DNA of 42,512 bases. Source: Bacilli bacterium (GTDB taxonomy: Bacteria > Bacillota_I > Bacilli_A > RF39 > UBA660). Both the position numbers and the translations under genes were made by a program. Shown here piece by piece: positions 18,116 through 26,483 of the stretch; the stretch's first letter is position 1; the number at the start of each line of letters is the position of its first letter. The stretch covers positions 1-42,512 of the forward strand of contig JAZRRD010000019.1 of assembly GCA_045650425.1 (NCBI GenBank), read 5' to 3'. Under the pieces are notes generated by a model. It had not been told where the DNA came from, did no database searches, and saw only the letters and a list, made by a program, of their open reading frames with translations.

Positions 18116-20223
18116 TATCTTTTTACCTCAACCATTTCGTATGATTCAATAATGTCTCTTTCCTTAATATCATTAAAGTTATCAATAGTAATACCACATT
18201 CAAATCCTTTTTTTACTTCTTTAACAGTATCTTTTTCTCTTTGAACACTTTTAATAGTTGTATCACTAATTACTACGCCATCACGAATAATACGACATTT
18301 ACTTCCGTTTTTTACAATACCATCAGTTACATAACTTCCAGCTATATTCCCAACTTTTGAAAATTTAAAGATTTTTCTAATTTCTGCTGTTCCTAAGATT
18401 TTTTCTTCAAATTCAGGATCTAACATACCTTTCATAGCTAATTCCATTTCTTCAACTGCTTTATAAATAATTGTATATAATCTTATATCAACATTATATT
18501 CTTTAGCTATTTCTTTTGTAATATTAGAAGGAACTACGTTAAAGCCAATAATAATTGCATTAGATGCATTAGCAAGTACTACATCACTTTCAGTAATTGT
18601 ACCAATTCCACTACGAATAACTTTTACTCTAACATCTCCCACTTCAATTTTTTGTAATGCATTTTTAACTGCTTCTTCACTACCACGAACATCCGCTTTT
18701 AAAACAACATTAACTTCTTTTTGTCCCTCATTAATTTTGGCAAACAAATCATCTAAGGAAACAATATCTTTTTTAAATTTATTTTCTTTTGCTAAAGTTA
18801 ATCTTTTAGCCGCAACTTCTTTAGCTTCAGTTTCTGTTTCAAATGCCATAAATTTATCTCCAGCACTTGGATTATCATTTAATCCTGTAATTTCTACTGG
18901 AGTAGATGGTCCAGCTTCTACAATCGGATTTCCTAAGTCATCTTTCATTGTTCTGATTCTTCCATGAGTTGTTCCTACAACAATAGGATCACCAATTCTT
19001 AATGTACCATTTAAAATTAATAAGCTAGCTATTCCACCAACATTTTTATCTACTTTAGACTCAATAACTGACCCTACTGCATATCTATTCGGATTAGCTT
19101 TAAGCTCATTTACTTCACTAATAGTTTGAATAGTTTCTAAAAGTAAATCTATTCCTTCACCCGTTTTAGCAGATATATTAATAAACGGAATATCTCCACC
19201 CCAGCTCTCTGGTGTAATATTAATTTCTGCCATTTCAGTATAAACTCTTTCAACATTTGAATCTGGTAAATCAACTTTATTTACAGCTACAATAATTGGA
19301 ACATTTGCGCTTAATGCGTGATCGACAGCTTCTTTTGTTTGAGGCATTACTCCATCATTTGCAGCAACAATAATAATTACTATATCTGTAACACTAGCAC
19401 CTCTTGCTCTCATTTCTGTAAATGCAGCATGTCCTGGAGTATCTATAAATGTAATTTTATCTTCATTATACTTAATTTGATAAGCACCAATATGTTGTGT
19501 AATTCCACCAAACTCTCCTTCAACTACATGGCTATTTCTAATATAATCTAAAAGAGTTGTTTTACCATGGTCAACATGTCCCATAATCGTAACAATTGGA
19601 GGACGTTTAACTAAATCAGCTTCATTATCAATAATTTCAAATTCTTCAAAATTAGAAATATCCTGAGTTTCAGATTTCTTAAGAACTTTATTATAATCTA
19701 AAACAACAATTTCAGCATTTTCAAAATCAATCGCTTGATTTAAACTAACCATTAATCCAAGTGACATTAATTTTTTTATAATTTCAGTCCCGCTAATACT
19801 TAATGCTTCTGCAAGTTCACTAACAGTCATACCTTCCTTATATAAAACTATATCTTCATTAATTTCATTAGTTTTCAACTTTTCTTTATGCTTATACATT
19901 TCTTTTTTTAAATTATTAAAATCTTTAGAATTATCTTTAGTATTTTGCTTCTTTAATTTTTGTTTCTTAGTATGAGTATCCATTTGTTTTTCAATATTTT
20001 GTGATTCCATAATTGAATCAACAACATCATCAATTTCATCAGCTTCTTCAAAAGTTACATCATCATCAGTACTAATTAAATTAATTGCATTATCTAATAT
20101 TATAATATCATCATCAGTTAATAAATCACTTGCATCATTAACCTCAATTCCTAATTCTTGACATCTTTTTAATACTTCTGCTGGAGTTACATTAACATCA
20201 TTTGCATATTCTTTTACTGTCAT
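18115..20223 (-). CDS. infB: Translation initiation factor IF-2
   Basis: RPPIVTIMGHVDHGKT, GGITQHIGAY, DTPGH, NKVD. Confidence 0.98.
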   Translation of the reverse strand: MTVKEYANDVNVTPAEVLKRCQELGIEVNDASDLLTDDDIIILDNAINLISTDDDVTFEEADEIDDVVDSIMESQNIEKQMDTHTKKQKLKKQNTKDNSKDFNNLKKEMYKHKEKLKTNEINEDIVLYKEGMTVSELAEALSISGTEIIKKLMSLGLMVSLNQAIDFENAEIVVLDYNKVLKKSETQDISNFEEFEIIDNEADLVKRPPIVTIMGHVDHGKTTLLDYIRNSHVVEGEFGGITQHIGAYQIKYNEDKITFIDTPGHAAFTEMRARGASVTDIVIIIVAANDGVMPQTKEAVDHALSANVPIIVAVNKVDLPDSNVERVYTEMAEINITPESWGGDIPFINISAKTGEGIDLLLETIQTISEVNELKANPNRYAVGSVIESKVDKNVGGIASLLILNGTLRIGDPIVVGTTHGRIRTMKDDLGNPIVEAGPSTPVEITGLNDNPSAGDKFMAFETETEAKEVAAKRLTLAKENKFKKDIVSLDDLFAKINEGQKEVNVVLKADVRGSEEAVKNALQKIEVGDVRVKVIRSGIGTITESDVVLANASNAIIIGFNVVPSNITKEIAKEYNVDIRLYTIIYKAVEEMELAMKGMLDPEFEEKILGTAEIRKIFKFSKVGNIAGSYVTDGIVKNGSKCRIIRDGVVISDTTIKSVQREKDTVKEVKKGFECGITIDNFNDIKERDIIESYEMVEVKR

Positions 20224-20244
20224 ATAATCACCCTTTCTCTTTTT

Positions 20245-20694
20245 TTATTTTTTTAATTTAATTATTTCTATTTTTGCTTCTTCAAGCATTTGTTTAGCTA
20301 ATTCATCTTCATAATCACTATTATAAACAATTCTTTTTATACAAGCATTTACTATCATTCTAGCACAAATACCACATGGATAAGTATTGGTATATAAAGT
20401 ACCATCTTTAATACTTACTCCATGTACAGCTGCTTGAATTATTGCATTTTGTTCTGCATGAACTGCTCGACAAAACTCTTGTCTTGTTCCTGAAGGAATA
20501 TTATTGTTTAATCTTAAGCATCCACCATTATCACTACAATGTTTTAGTCCTTTAGGAGAACCATTATAACCAGTAGAAACAATTATATTTTCTTTAGTTA
20601 TTACAGCTCCAACTTGTCTTCTACAAGTACTTCTTTTACTTACTAATTCCGCTATTTCAGTAAAATATTCATCCCAACTAATTCTCTTCTCCAT
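20245..20694 (-). CDS. dCMP deaminase family protein (ComEB-like)
   Basis: RISWDEYF, TGYNGSP, HAEQNA, PCGIC. Confidence 0.92.
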   Translation of the reverse strand: MEKRISWDEYFTEIAELVSKRSTCRRQVGAVITKENIIVSTGYNGSPKGLKHCSDNGGCLRLNNNIPSGTRQEFCRAVHAEQNAIIQAAVHGVSIKDGTLYTNTYPCGICARMIVNACIKRIVYNSDYEDELAKQMLEEAKIEIIKLKK

Positions 20695-20944
20695 CTAGTT
20701 TACCTCTTAATTCTTCATAAATACTTTTAGGTACTGGTACTTCTAAGATTCTCTCTAAAGCTTTACTTTTTTCAGCTTTATTAATTACCTCTAAATCTTT
20801 CTTTAAATAAGCACCTTTACCATTAGTTCTTCCAGTTAAATCTATAACCACTTCACCATCTGGAGTTCTAACTACTCTAATTAATTCTTTTTTTTCTAAT
20901 TTTTCTTTAGTTACAACACAAGTACGCATCGGTATCTTTTTCAT
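20678..20944 (-). CDS. ylxR: YlxR/RnpM (DUF448) RNA-binding protein
   Basis: PMRTCVVT...ELIRVVR...GKGAY. Confidence 0.93.
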   Translation of the reverse strand: MKKIPMRTCVVTKEKLEKKELIRVVRTPDGEVVIDLTGRTNGKGAYLKKDLEVINKAEKSKALERILEVPVPKSIYEELRGKLDGEEN

Positions 20945-20955
20945 AAATACCTCTC

Positions 20956-22068
20956 TTATTTATTTCCTTCTTCGTTAATTTGTTTTAGTGTTTTAACAGA
21001 GATTTTATATTTTGTTAACTTACTTGCAAGCACTACATTACTTCCTTTTTTACCTATTGCTAAACTTAAATTATCATCATTTACAATAGCTAAAGCTTCT
21101 TTTTTTACTGGATCAGTTATACTTACAATTGCATCCTTTGCTGGACTTAAAGCATTTTTAATAAATTCTTCCGGTTCATTGCTATATAAAACTAAATCTA
21201 CTTTTTCACCATTTAACTCTTTTAAAATACTTCCGATTCTGCTTCCTCGTTCTCCAATACAAGCCCCAATCGCATCAATTTTTTCATTATTTGAAAAAAC
21301 TGCTACTTTACTTCTAATTCCAGCTTCTCTAGCTACTGCATAAAGTTCAATTGTACCATCTTGTAATTCTGGAATTTCAACTTCAAATAATCTTTTAACA
21401 AATCCATAATGTTTACGAGAAAGTAATATAACAGGTCCTTTTGGGCCATTTTCAACTTTAGTTACATAAACACGAATGTTTGAACCCATTTTAATTTCTT
21501 CTTCTGGAATAATTTCTGATTTTGGAAGAATTCCTCTAGTTCTACCTAAATCAATATAATAATTACGAGCATCTTCCATAGCTACTAATCCAAGCATCAT
21601 TTCAAATTCTTTATCGGCAAATTCACTAATAATACTTTCTTTTTCAGCTTCTCTTATTTTTTGAGTAATAACTTGTTTAGCTGTAGCAGCAGCAACTCTA
21701 CCAAAATCCTTCGGAGTAACTTCTTTTTCAATAGTTTCACCTACTTTAATACCAGGAACTATTTCTTCAGCTTGTTCTAAAATTATTTGTGCATCAATAT
21801 TTATTTGAGGAGGTATTTTTACAACATTTCCTTCTTCATCAATTTCTTCAGTCCCAAAATCAACATCATCAACTACTACTAAATAAGAAAATACTTTAAT
21901 GTCTCCAGTTTCACGATTAATTTCAACTCTAACATTAGTTCTTGAATCAAAATTTTTCTTATATGCAGTTTGTAAAGCCAATTCCATAGCTTCAAAAACT
22001 ACATCTTTACTAATATTTTTTTCTTCTACAATATTATTTAATGCTTTTATAAATTCTTTACTATCCAT
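20956..22068 (-). CDS. nusA: Transcription termination factor NusA
   Basis: FGRVAAATAKQ, AREAG.RSKVAV, GACIG, SLAIGKKG. Confidence 0.97.
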   Translation of the reverse strand: MDSKEFIKALNNIVEEKNISKDVVFEAMELALQTAYKKNFDSRTNVRVEINRETGDIKVFSYLVVVDDVDFGTEEIDEEGNVVKIPPQINIDAQIILEQAEEIVPGIKVGETIEKEVTPKDFGRVAAATAKQVITQKIREAEKESIISEFADKEFEMMLGLVAMEDARNYYIDLGRTRGILPKSEIIPEEEIKMGSNIRVYVTKVENGPKGPVILLSRKHYGFVKRLFEVEIPELQDGTIELYAVAREAGIRSKVAVFSNNEKIDAIGACIGERGSRIGSILKELNGEKVDLVLYSNEPEEFIKNALSPAKDAIVSITDPVKKEALAIVNDDNLSLAIGKKGSNVVLASKLTKYKISVKTLKQINEEGNK

Positions 22069-22071
22069 ATT

Positions 22072-22323
22072 CTAACCTCTTTCCTTACTAATTACATCCA
22101 AAATATAACTATCATCTGTAATATCTTCTTCATCAACCACAGGATTAATAATGTTTGTTGCTAGTACTATTGAATCCATATCCATACCATTTACTTTATC
22201 TACTTCTACAGTTAAAAAATTATATTTTCCTTTTGAAGTATACTCTATATTAGTAACCATAATTCCTTCAGGTTCTAACACTACAATTAATTTTTCTTTT
22301 AACCTTTCTAACTTATTTTCCAT
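22072..22323 (-). CDS. rimP: RimP, N-terminal domain only
   Basis: First gene of the nusA operon; LTVEVDK.NG...YILDVISKERG corresponds to the Y.LEVSSPG end of RimP-N. Confidence 0.75.
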   Translation of the reverse strand: MENKLERLKEKLIVVLEPEGIMVTNIEYTSKGKYNFLTVEVDKVNGMDMDSIVLATNIINPVVDEEDITDDSYILDVISKERG

Positions 22324-22347
22324 AACTCACCTCTTTTAATTAATAAT

Positions 22348-22393
22348 AAAAGTGAGCTTTTCTGCCCACTTAAATCTGTCTAAACGTATTATA
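22348..22393 (-). promoter_or_regulatory. rimP-nusA leader attenuator hairpin and extended -10 promoter
   Basis: TGtTATAAT, then AAGTGGGC-agaaaa-GCTCACTT plus short T-run before the rimP RBS. Confidence 0.65.
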
Positions 22394-22428
22394 ACATACG
22401 TAATCAGTAAATAAAAGGAAAAATTTTG

Positions 22429-23532
22429 TTAATTACGTTTATTTACATATAGATTATCTTTATTCATATAAATTCTTTCATTTATTAAAATATCTTTAGC
22501 ATATTTAAAAATTTCCTCAATTACTGGTTTATATTCTTCTGGATATTTTTCATAAATTTGATTTAATAAGTTATTTTCTTGAATAACTTCTAAATTAGAA
22601 ACAAAATTTATATCAGACAAAAACGTATAAATACTCCACCATAAAGCAGTAATGAAAGAATAATCGCTTCTAGCTTGCAATTCTCTTAACGAAATATTTT
22701 GACCTTCATACATCATATCTTTAATTTCATTTTTTACAAATAACTTTTCAACAGGTACTCTTTTAGTATAAAATTTTACTCTTTCCCCATATTCTATTTC
22801 TTCAAGAGTGTTCAATTCTTTTAAATCTTCTAAAGTAATACCCCAAATGTTAAAAATATTTTCTTTCCCTATATTTTTAACATTAATTATTTCTGGTACC
22901 GCCCTTATTTCTCCAGTAGCTCTTTGATATAAAATATCTATTTTATCAATATCTCTTACCATTTGGAGTAACAAAGAAATTATTTTTTGTTCAAATTCAT
23001 TAAAATTATATGTGCCAGTTAAAATTTTATTTGGATCATTTTTCCCAAAATTTGCATCAACATTATGATCAAAAATTTTAGGAAGTTCATTAGCTTGATG
23101 AAGTCCAACTGTCTTAGCAATAGTAGGTTGATACATTTCAGGAATTTCAAATATTTTAAATCCCTGATCATTTAAAAACAATTCTCCTTCTTCGCCATGA
23201 TTTTTTATTGCGGGATGTTCTTTATATACTATACTATCAACATAAGTGTCAGAATACATTGCTTGTTCAAATCTACCTATATCATGTAACAAACCAACCG
23301 ATTTAGTTAATTCTAAGAAATTTATACTTTGTCCCATTTTTTTAGCCATAGCATTAATGTTTTGAACAACTCTCATAGTATGAACATATTTTTGTTTTAT
23401 CATGTCATTTCGATGATTAAATGCTTTTAAATCTTCTTCATTAGTTACGTTTAAATATTTTTCTTTTAATTTTAAATAGCGACTATCAATATAATCGTCA
23501 AAATATTTTTTTAAATCTTCATAATTTAACAT
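22429..23532 (-). CDS. HD-domain metal-dependent phosphohydrolase
   Basis: KYVHTMRV, LLHDIGRFEQ, NHG, H, VRDIDKIDI. Confidence 0.85.
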   Translation of the reverse strand: MLNYEDLKKYFDDYIDSRYLKLKEKYLNVTNEEDLKAFNHRNDMIKQKYVHTMRVVQNINAMAKKMGQSINFLELTKSVGLLHDIGRFEQAMYSDTYVDSIVYKEHPAIKNHGEEGELFLNDQGFKIFEIPEMYQPTIAKTVGLHQANELPKIFDHNVDANFGKNDPNKILTGTYNFNEFEQKIISLLLQMVRDIDKIDILYQRATGEIRAVPEIINVKNIGKENIFNIWGITLEDLKELNTLEEIEYGERVKFYTKRVPVEKLFVKNEIKDMMYEGQNISLRELQARSDYSFITALWWSIYTFLSDINFVSNLEVIQENNLLNQIYEKYPEEYKPVIEEIFKYAKDILINERIYMNKDNLYVNKRN

Positions 23533-23577
23533 AAAAACACCCAACTAAATTATATATAAATTTATTATTAATAACAA

Positions 23578-24075
23578 CTATTTAATCCATCCATTACTAA
23601 CAAATTTAGTTTCATTAACTATTATAAAAGCCTTATTATCATAATCAATTATGATTTTTTTTAGTTCATCTAATCTCGCAGAATTTATTTGAATATATAA
23701 CATAGCTTTATTATGACCTGTTAATTTAATTTCAGAAACACCAAAATCATCTTGCTTAATTAAATCAACTAATTTTTTTACATCTTTTTTTGTAATTACT
23801 TGAACGCCCATCTTACCTCTTATAAATTTTTCAGATAATGTTAATCCAATAAAGGATCCGCTAGCATATCCTAGTGCATATGAAACCGGTATAAAAATAC
23901 TCGTAACTTCAGTGGTTAATGCCGTTCTAGCTGCATAAAACCAAATAAAGACTTCTACGAAGGCAAGACAAACTGACAATATTTTTTTCCCTCTTATCAT
24001 TATCATTGTTCTAAATGTACTAATAGAGACATCCAATATACGAGCAGCAAATATTTTAAGACATATAAAAACCAT
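23578..24075 (-). CDS. UPF0316/DUF5698-DUF2179 membrane protein
   Basis: IFAARILDVSISTFRT, YALGYASG.FIG; GGTGA RBS before ATG 24075. Confidence 0.88.
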   Translation of the reverse strand: MVFICLKIFAARILDVSISTFRTMIMIRGKKILSVCLAFVEVFIWFYAARTALTTEVTSIFIPVSYALGYASGSFIGLTLSEKFIRGKMGVQVITKKDVKKLVDLIKQDDFGVSEIKLTGHNKAMLYIQINSARLDELKKIIIDYDNKAFIIVNETKFVSNGWIK

Positions 24076-24090
24076 AATAATCACCAATAT

Positions 24091-24120
24091 TATTATGGAT
24101 TTTTATTTTAAATCATATTC
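24091..24120 (-). promoter_or_regulatory. SigmaG-like promoter
   Basis: GAATA-18nt-CATAATA. Confidence 0.5.
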
Positions 24121-24132
24121 TAAATGACTAAC

Positions 24133-24885
24133 TTACTTACACTCAAAACCAACTGTTTCAATTTCATCAACAAACACATTAACATCATCAACATAAGGTA
24201 ACAAATCCATACCAATATATTCAGATGAGTATTTTAAATTATTTTCATCAAAGCGATAAGTAATTGCCCAGAATTTTTTTCCATAATCAGCCTCGACTAT
24301 TTTATCATAATTTGTTTTTGTCTCTAAGCCTTCTAAAATAGTTTTATATGTTGATTCATATTCCTTTTTTGCTTTTTTCTCTGAAACAAATTTAGTCACA
24401 TATGTAAAATGTTTCATTTTATTTTCTTTATATTTTATTTTAACACTAATTTTATAAGACGCATTGTTTGTATCATTATTGACTTTACAAGTAATTGTAT
24501 TTGAATTATTACTTATAACAAAAATTAAAATTAATGCCAAAATAGCTAAACCAATATATAGATAAATTAATTTATTAATTTTTCTAACTTTTTTAACAAA
24601 TTTTTTTAAAGCTTTTTTCTCTTCCGAAAGTTCAATTATTGGTTCTTTTTTTATTTCATCTTGTTTTACAACCTTTTTTGTTACAGATTCTTTTTTTACA
24701 GTTTTTTTAACTACTTTTGTCTTAGGTTTATTTTCAATATTATTTTCAGCATTCTCTTTCTTTTTAGATACTGTAGTCTTTTTTACTGTTGTTGCCTTTT
24801 TTTTTCTAACTGGCATCACTTCATTACAATATTCACAATTTTTAACGCCCGGTTTATTTTGTTCTTGGCATTTTGGACACTTCAT
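24133..24885 (-). CDS. Zinc-ribbon, Lys-rich linker, single-TM protein with extracellular domain
   Basis: CPKC...CEYC; TM near residues 107-124; promoter TTGCAA-17-TATACT at 24946-24918. Confidence 0.75.
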   Translation of the reverse strand: MKCPKCQEQNKPGVKNCEYCNEVMPVRKKKATTVKKTTVSKKKENAENNIENKPKTKVVKKTVKKESVTKKVVKQDEIKKEPIIELSEEKKALKKFVKKVRKINKLIYLYIGLAILALILIFVISNNSNTITCKVNNDTNNASYKISVKIKYKENKMKHFTYVTKFVSEKKAKKEYESTYKTILEGLETKTNYDKIVEADYGKKFWAITYRFDENNLKYSSEYIGMDLLPYVDDVNVFVDEIETVGFECK

Positions 24886-24951
24886 AAAAATCCTCCCTAT
24901 GATCTTAAGTTAATAAAAGTATATCATTGTTTTAATAAATTTGCAAATATA

Positions 24952-25311
24952 TCAATTTTCCTTAACATTACAACTTTTAGGATGAAGCATGCATTCCTTA
25001 CACAAGTTATAAGTATATTCAACTTGACCAAAACCATTTACAATTGAAAAAATAAAACTTACTAAATTAGGTATAAAAAATATTACTATTGCTGCTACTA
25101 TTCTTTTAGTGAATTTAGATATAGATTTTTTTGTTTCTTTATCATCTGAAGATATTACTACTTTACCTAAGTCAATCATACCTAAAACTATTAATAATAA
25201 TGGAATTATTATTTTAAATCCATATAATATATAACCTACAAATTGCCATACCTCTGCCATTTCGCCAGAACAAAATGAATCAACAGCTTTAGCATTATAA
25301 AGACATAACAT
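24952..25311 (-). CDS. TrbC/VirB2-like (T4SS-type) pilin
   Basis: Two TM helices joined by D..K...S.D.KE.KK....KR; flanking Cys; own promoter TTTACA-18-TATAAT (25380-25351). Confidence 0.6.
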   Translation of the reverse strand: MLCLYNAKAVDSFCSGEMAEVWQFVGYILYGFKIIIPLLLIVLGMIDLGKVVISSDDKETKKSISKFTKRIVAAIVIFFIPNLVSFIFSIVNGFGQVEYTYNLCKECMLHPKSCNVKEN

Positions 25312-25401
25312 AAATATTCACCTTCTTAATAATATTCACATGCGAAAATTATTATATCACTAGTCTAACTTAAATGTAAATTGTTTAAAATATATGCCTA
25401 C

Positions 25402-25428
25402 AACAAAAATTACCTAAGTACATACTTT
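25402..25428 (+). promoter_or_regulatory. SigmaK/E-like promoter of cotJ
   Basis: AAC-16nt-CATACTTT. Confidence 0.6.
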
Positions 25429-25446
25429 ATTGTAGGAGGTTTAATA

Positions 25447-25872
25447 ATGTTATTTGAAAACAATGATTTTGGAATGATTTCTTTTATGGAATTCCCAGGA
25501 AACACATTTAATGAAACCATTTCATCTATTGACGAAGGTTTTACTAAAGGTAATATGTTTCCTAATGAGTATAAACCTTATAAAAATTATAAAGTAAAAC
25601 CCGTTAAAGCTACTACAAAAAAAGATGAACAATTATATAAAATTATGGCACTAAGTTTTGCGATTACTGATTTAAATTTATATTTGGATTTACATCCTAA
25701 TAATACAGAGATGGTAAAAAAATTCAAATCATGGGTAAAACAAAAAGAAGCCTTAGAAGAAGAATACATCAAAGAATATGGTCCATTAAAAGTAGAACAA
25801 GTCAATGGAAAAACATTTAATTGGGTATCAGATTTTCCTTGGGAAAAAACAGGAGGTTCAATGTATGTTTAG
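25447..25872 (+). CDS. cotJB: Spore coat protein, CotJA-CotJB fusion
   Basis: CotJA-like DEGFTKGNMFPNEYKPY, then CotJB FAITDLNLYLDLHP...YGPL...WVSDFPWE; GGAGGT RBS before ATG 25447. Confidence 0.85.
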   Translation: MLFENNDFGMISFMEFPGNTFNETISSIDEGFTKGNMFPNEYKPYKNYKVKPVKATTKKDEQLYKIMALSFAITDLNLYLDLHPNNTEMVKKFKSWVKQKEALEEEYIKEYGPLKVEQVNGKTFNWVSDFPWEKTGGSMYV

Positions 25873-26425
25873 TTATGTAAAAACGACACAATTTCCAATA
25901 AACATTAAAAAGAAAGATTTAAAAATGGCTCGTTATCTAATTACACAATTCGGGGGTCAAAATGGTGAATTATCTGCATCCACAAGATATTTTTCTCAAA
26001 AATTTAGCATGCCTGATGACAAAGGTGCCGCTCTTTTAAATGATATCGCTACTGAAGAAATGGGTCATGCTGAAATGATTTGTACCATGATTCATCAACT
26101 AATTAAAGATGCTACTCCTGAAGAATTAGAAAAAGCTGGACTTGGAACATTCTATACTGAACACAATAAAGGATTATATCCAATGGATTCTAATGGTGTT
26201 CCATTCAACGCTATTGGATTTGCTTCAACAGGAAACCCTATCGTCGACTTATCGGAAGATATGGCTGCAGAACAAAAAGCAAGAGCAACTTATGAAAATT
26301 TACTTCAATTAGCAACTGATGAAGATGTAATTGCTCCGCTTCTATTTTTAAGACAACGAGAAGTAGTTCATTTTAATAGATTTAAAGAACTCTATGAATA
26401 TTATTTAGATAAAGGATACTATTAA
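25865..26425 (+). CDS. cotJC: Mn-catalase family spore coat protein CotJC
   Basis: QFGGQNGEL, DIATEEMGHAEM, EDMAAEQKARATYE, REVVHFNRF; ATG 25865 with GGAGG RBS. Confidence 0.93.
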   Translation: MFSYVKTTQFPINIKKKDLKMARYLITQFGGQNGELSASTRYFSQKFSMPDDKGAALLNDIATEEMGHAEMICTMIHQLIKDATPEELEKAGLGTFYTEHNKGLYPMDSNGVPFNAIGFASTGNPIVDLSEDMAAEQKARATYENLLQLATDEDVIAPLLFLRQREVVHFNRFKELYEYYLDKGYY

Positions 26426-26435
26426 CGTATTCTTT

Positions 26436-26464
26436 TTGCATTATTAGAGGATTTAAGATATAAT
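26436..26464 (+). promoter_or_regulatory. SigmaA promoter of ftsK
   Basis: TTGCAT-17-TATAAT. Confidence 0.65.
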
Positions 26465-26483
26465 TAATTAAGGTGAATATGAT

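Noticed and set aside
21780-21870. Acidic insertion in the NusA N-domain
   Set aside because: Lies in a variable loop; no intein or other signature.
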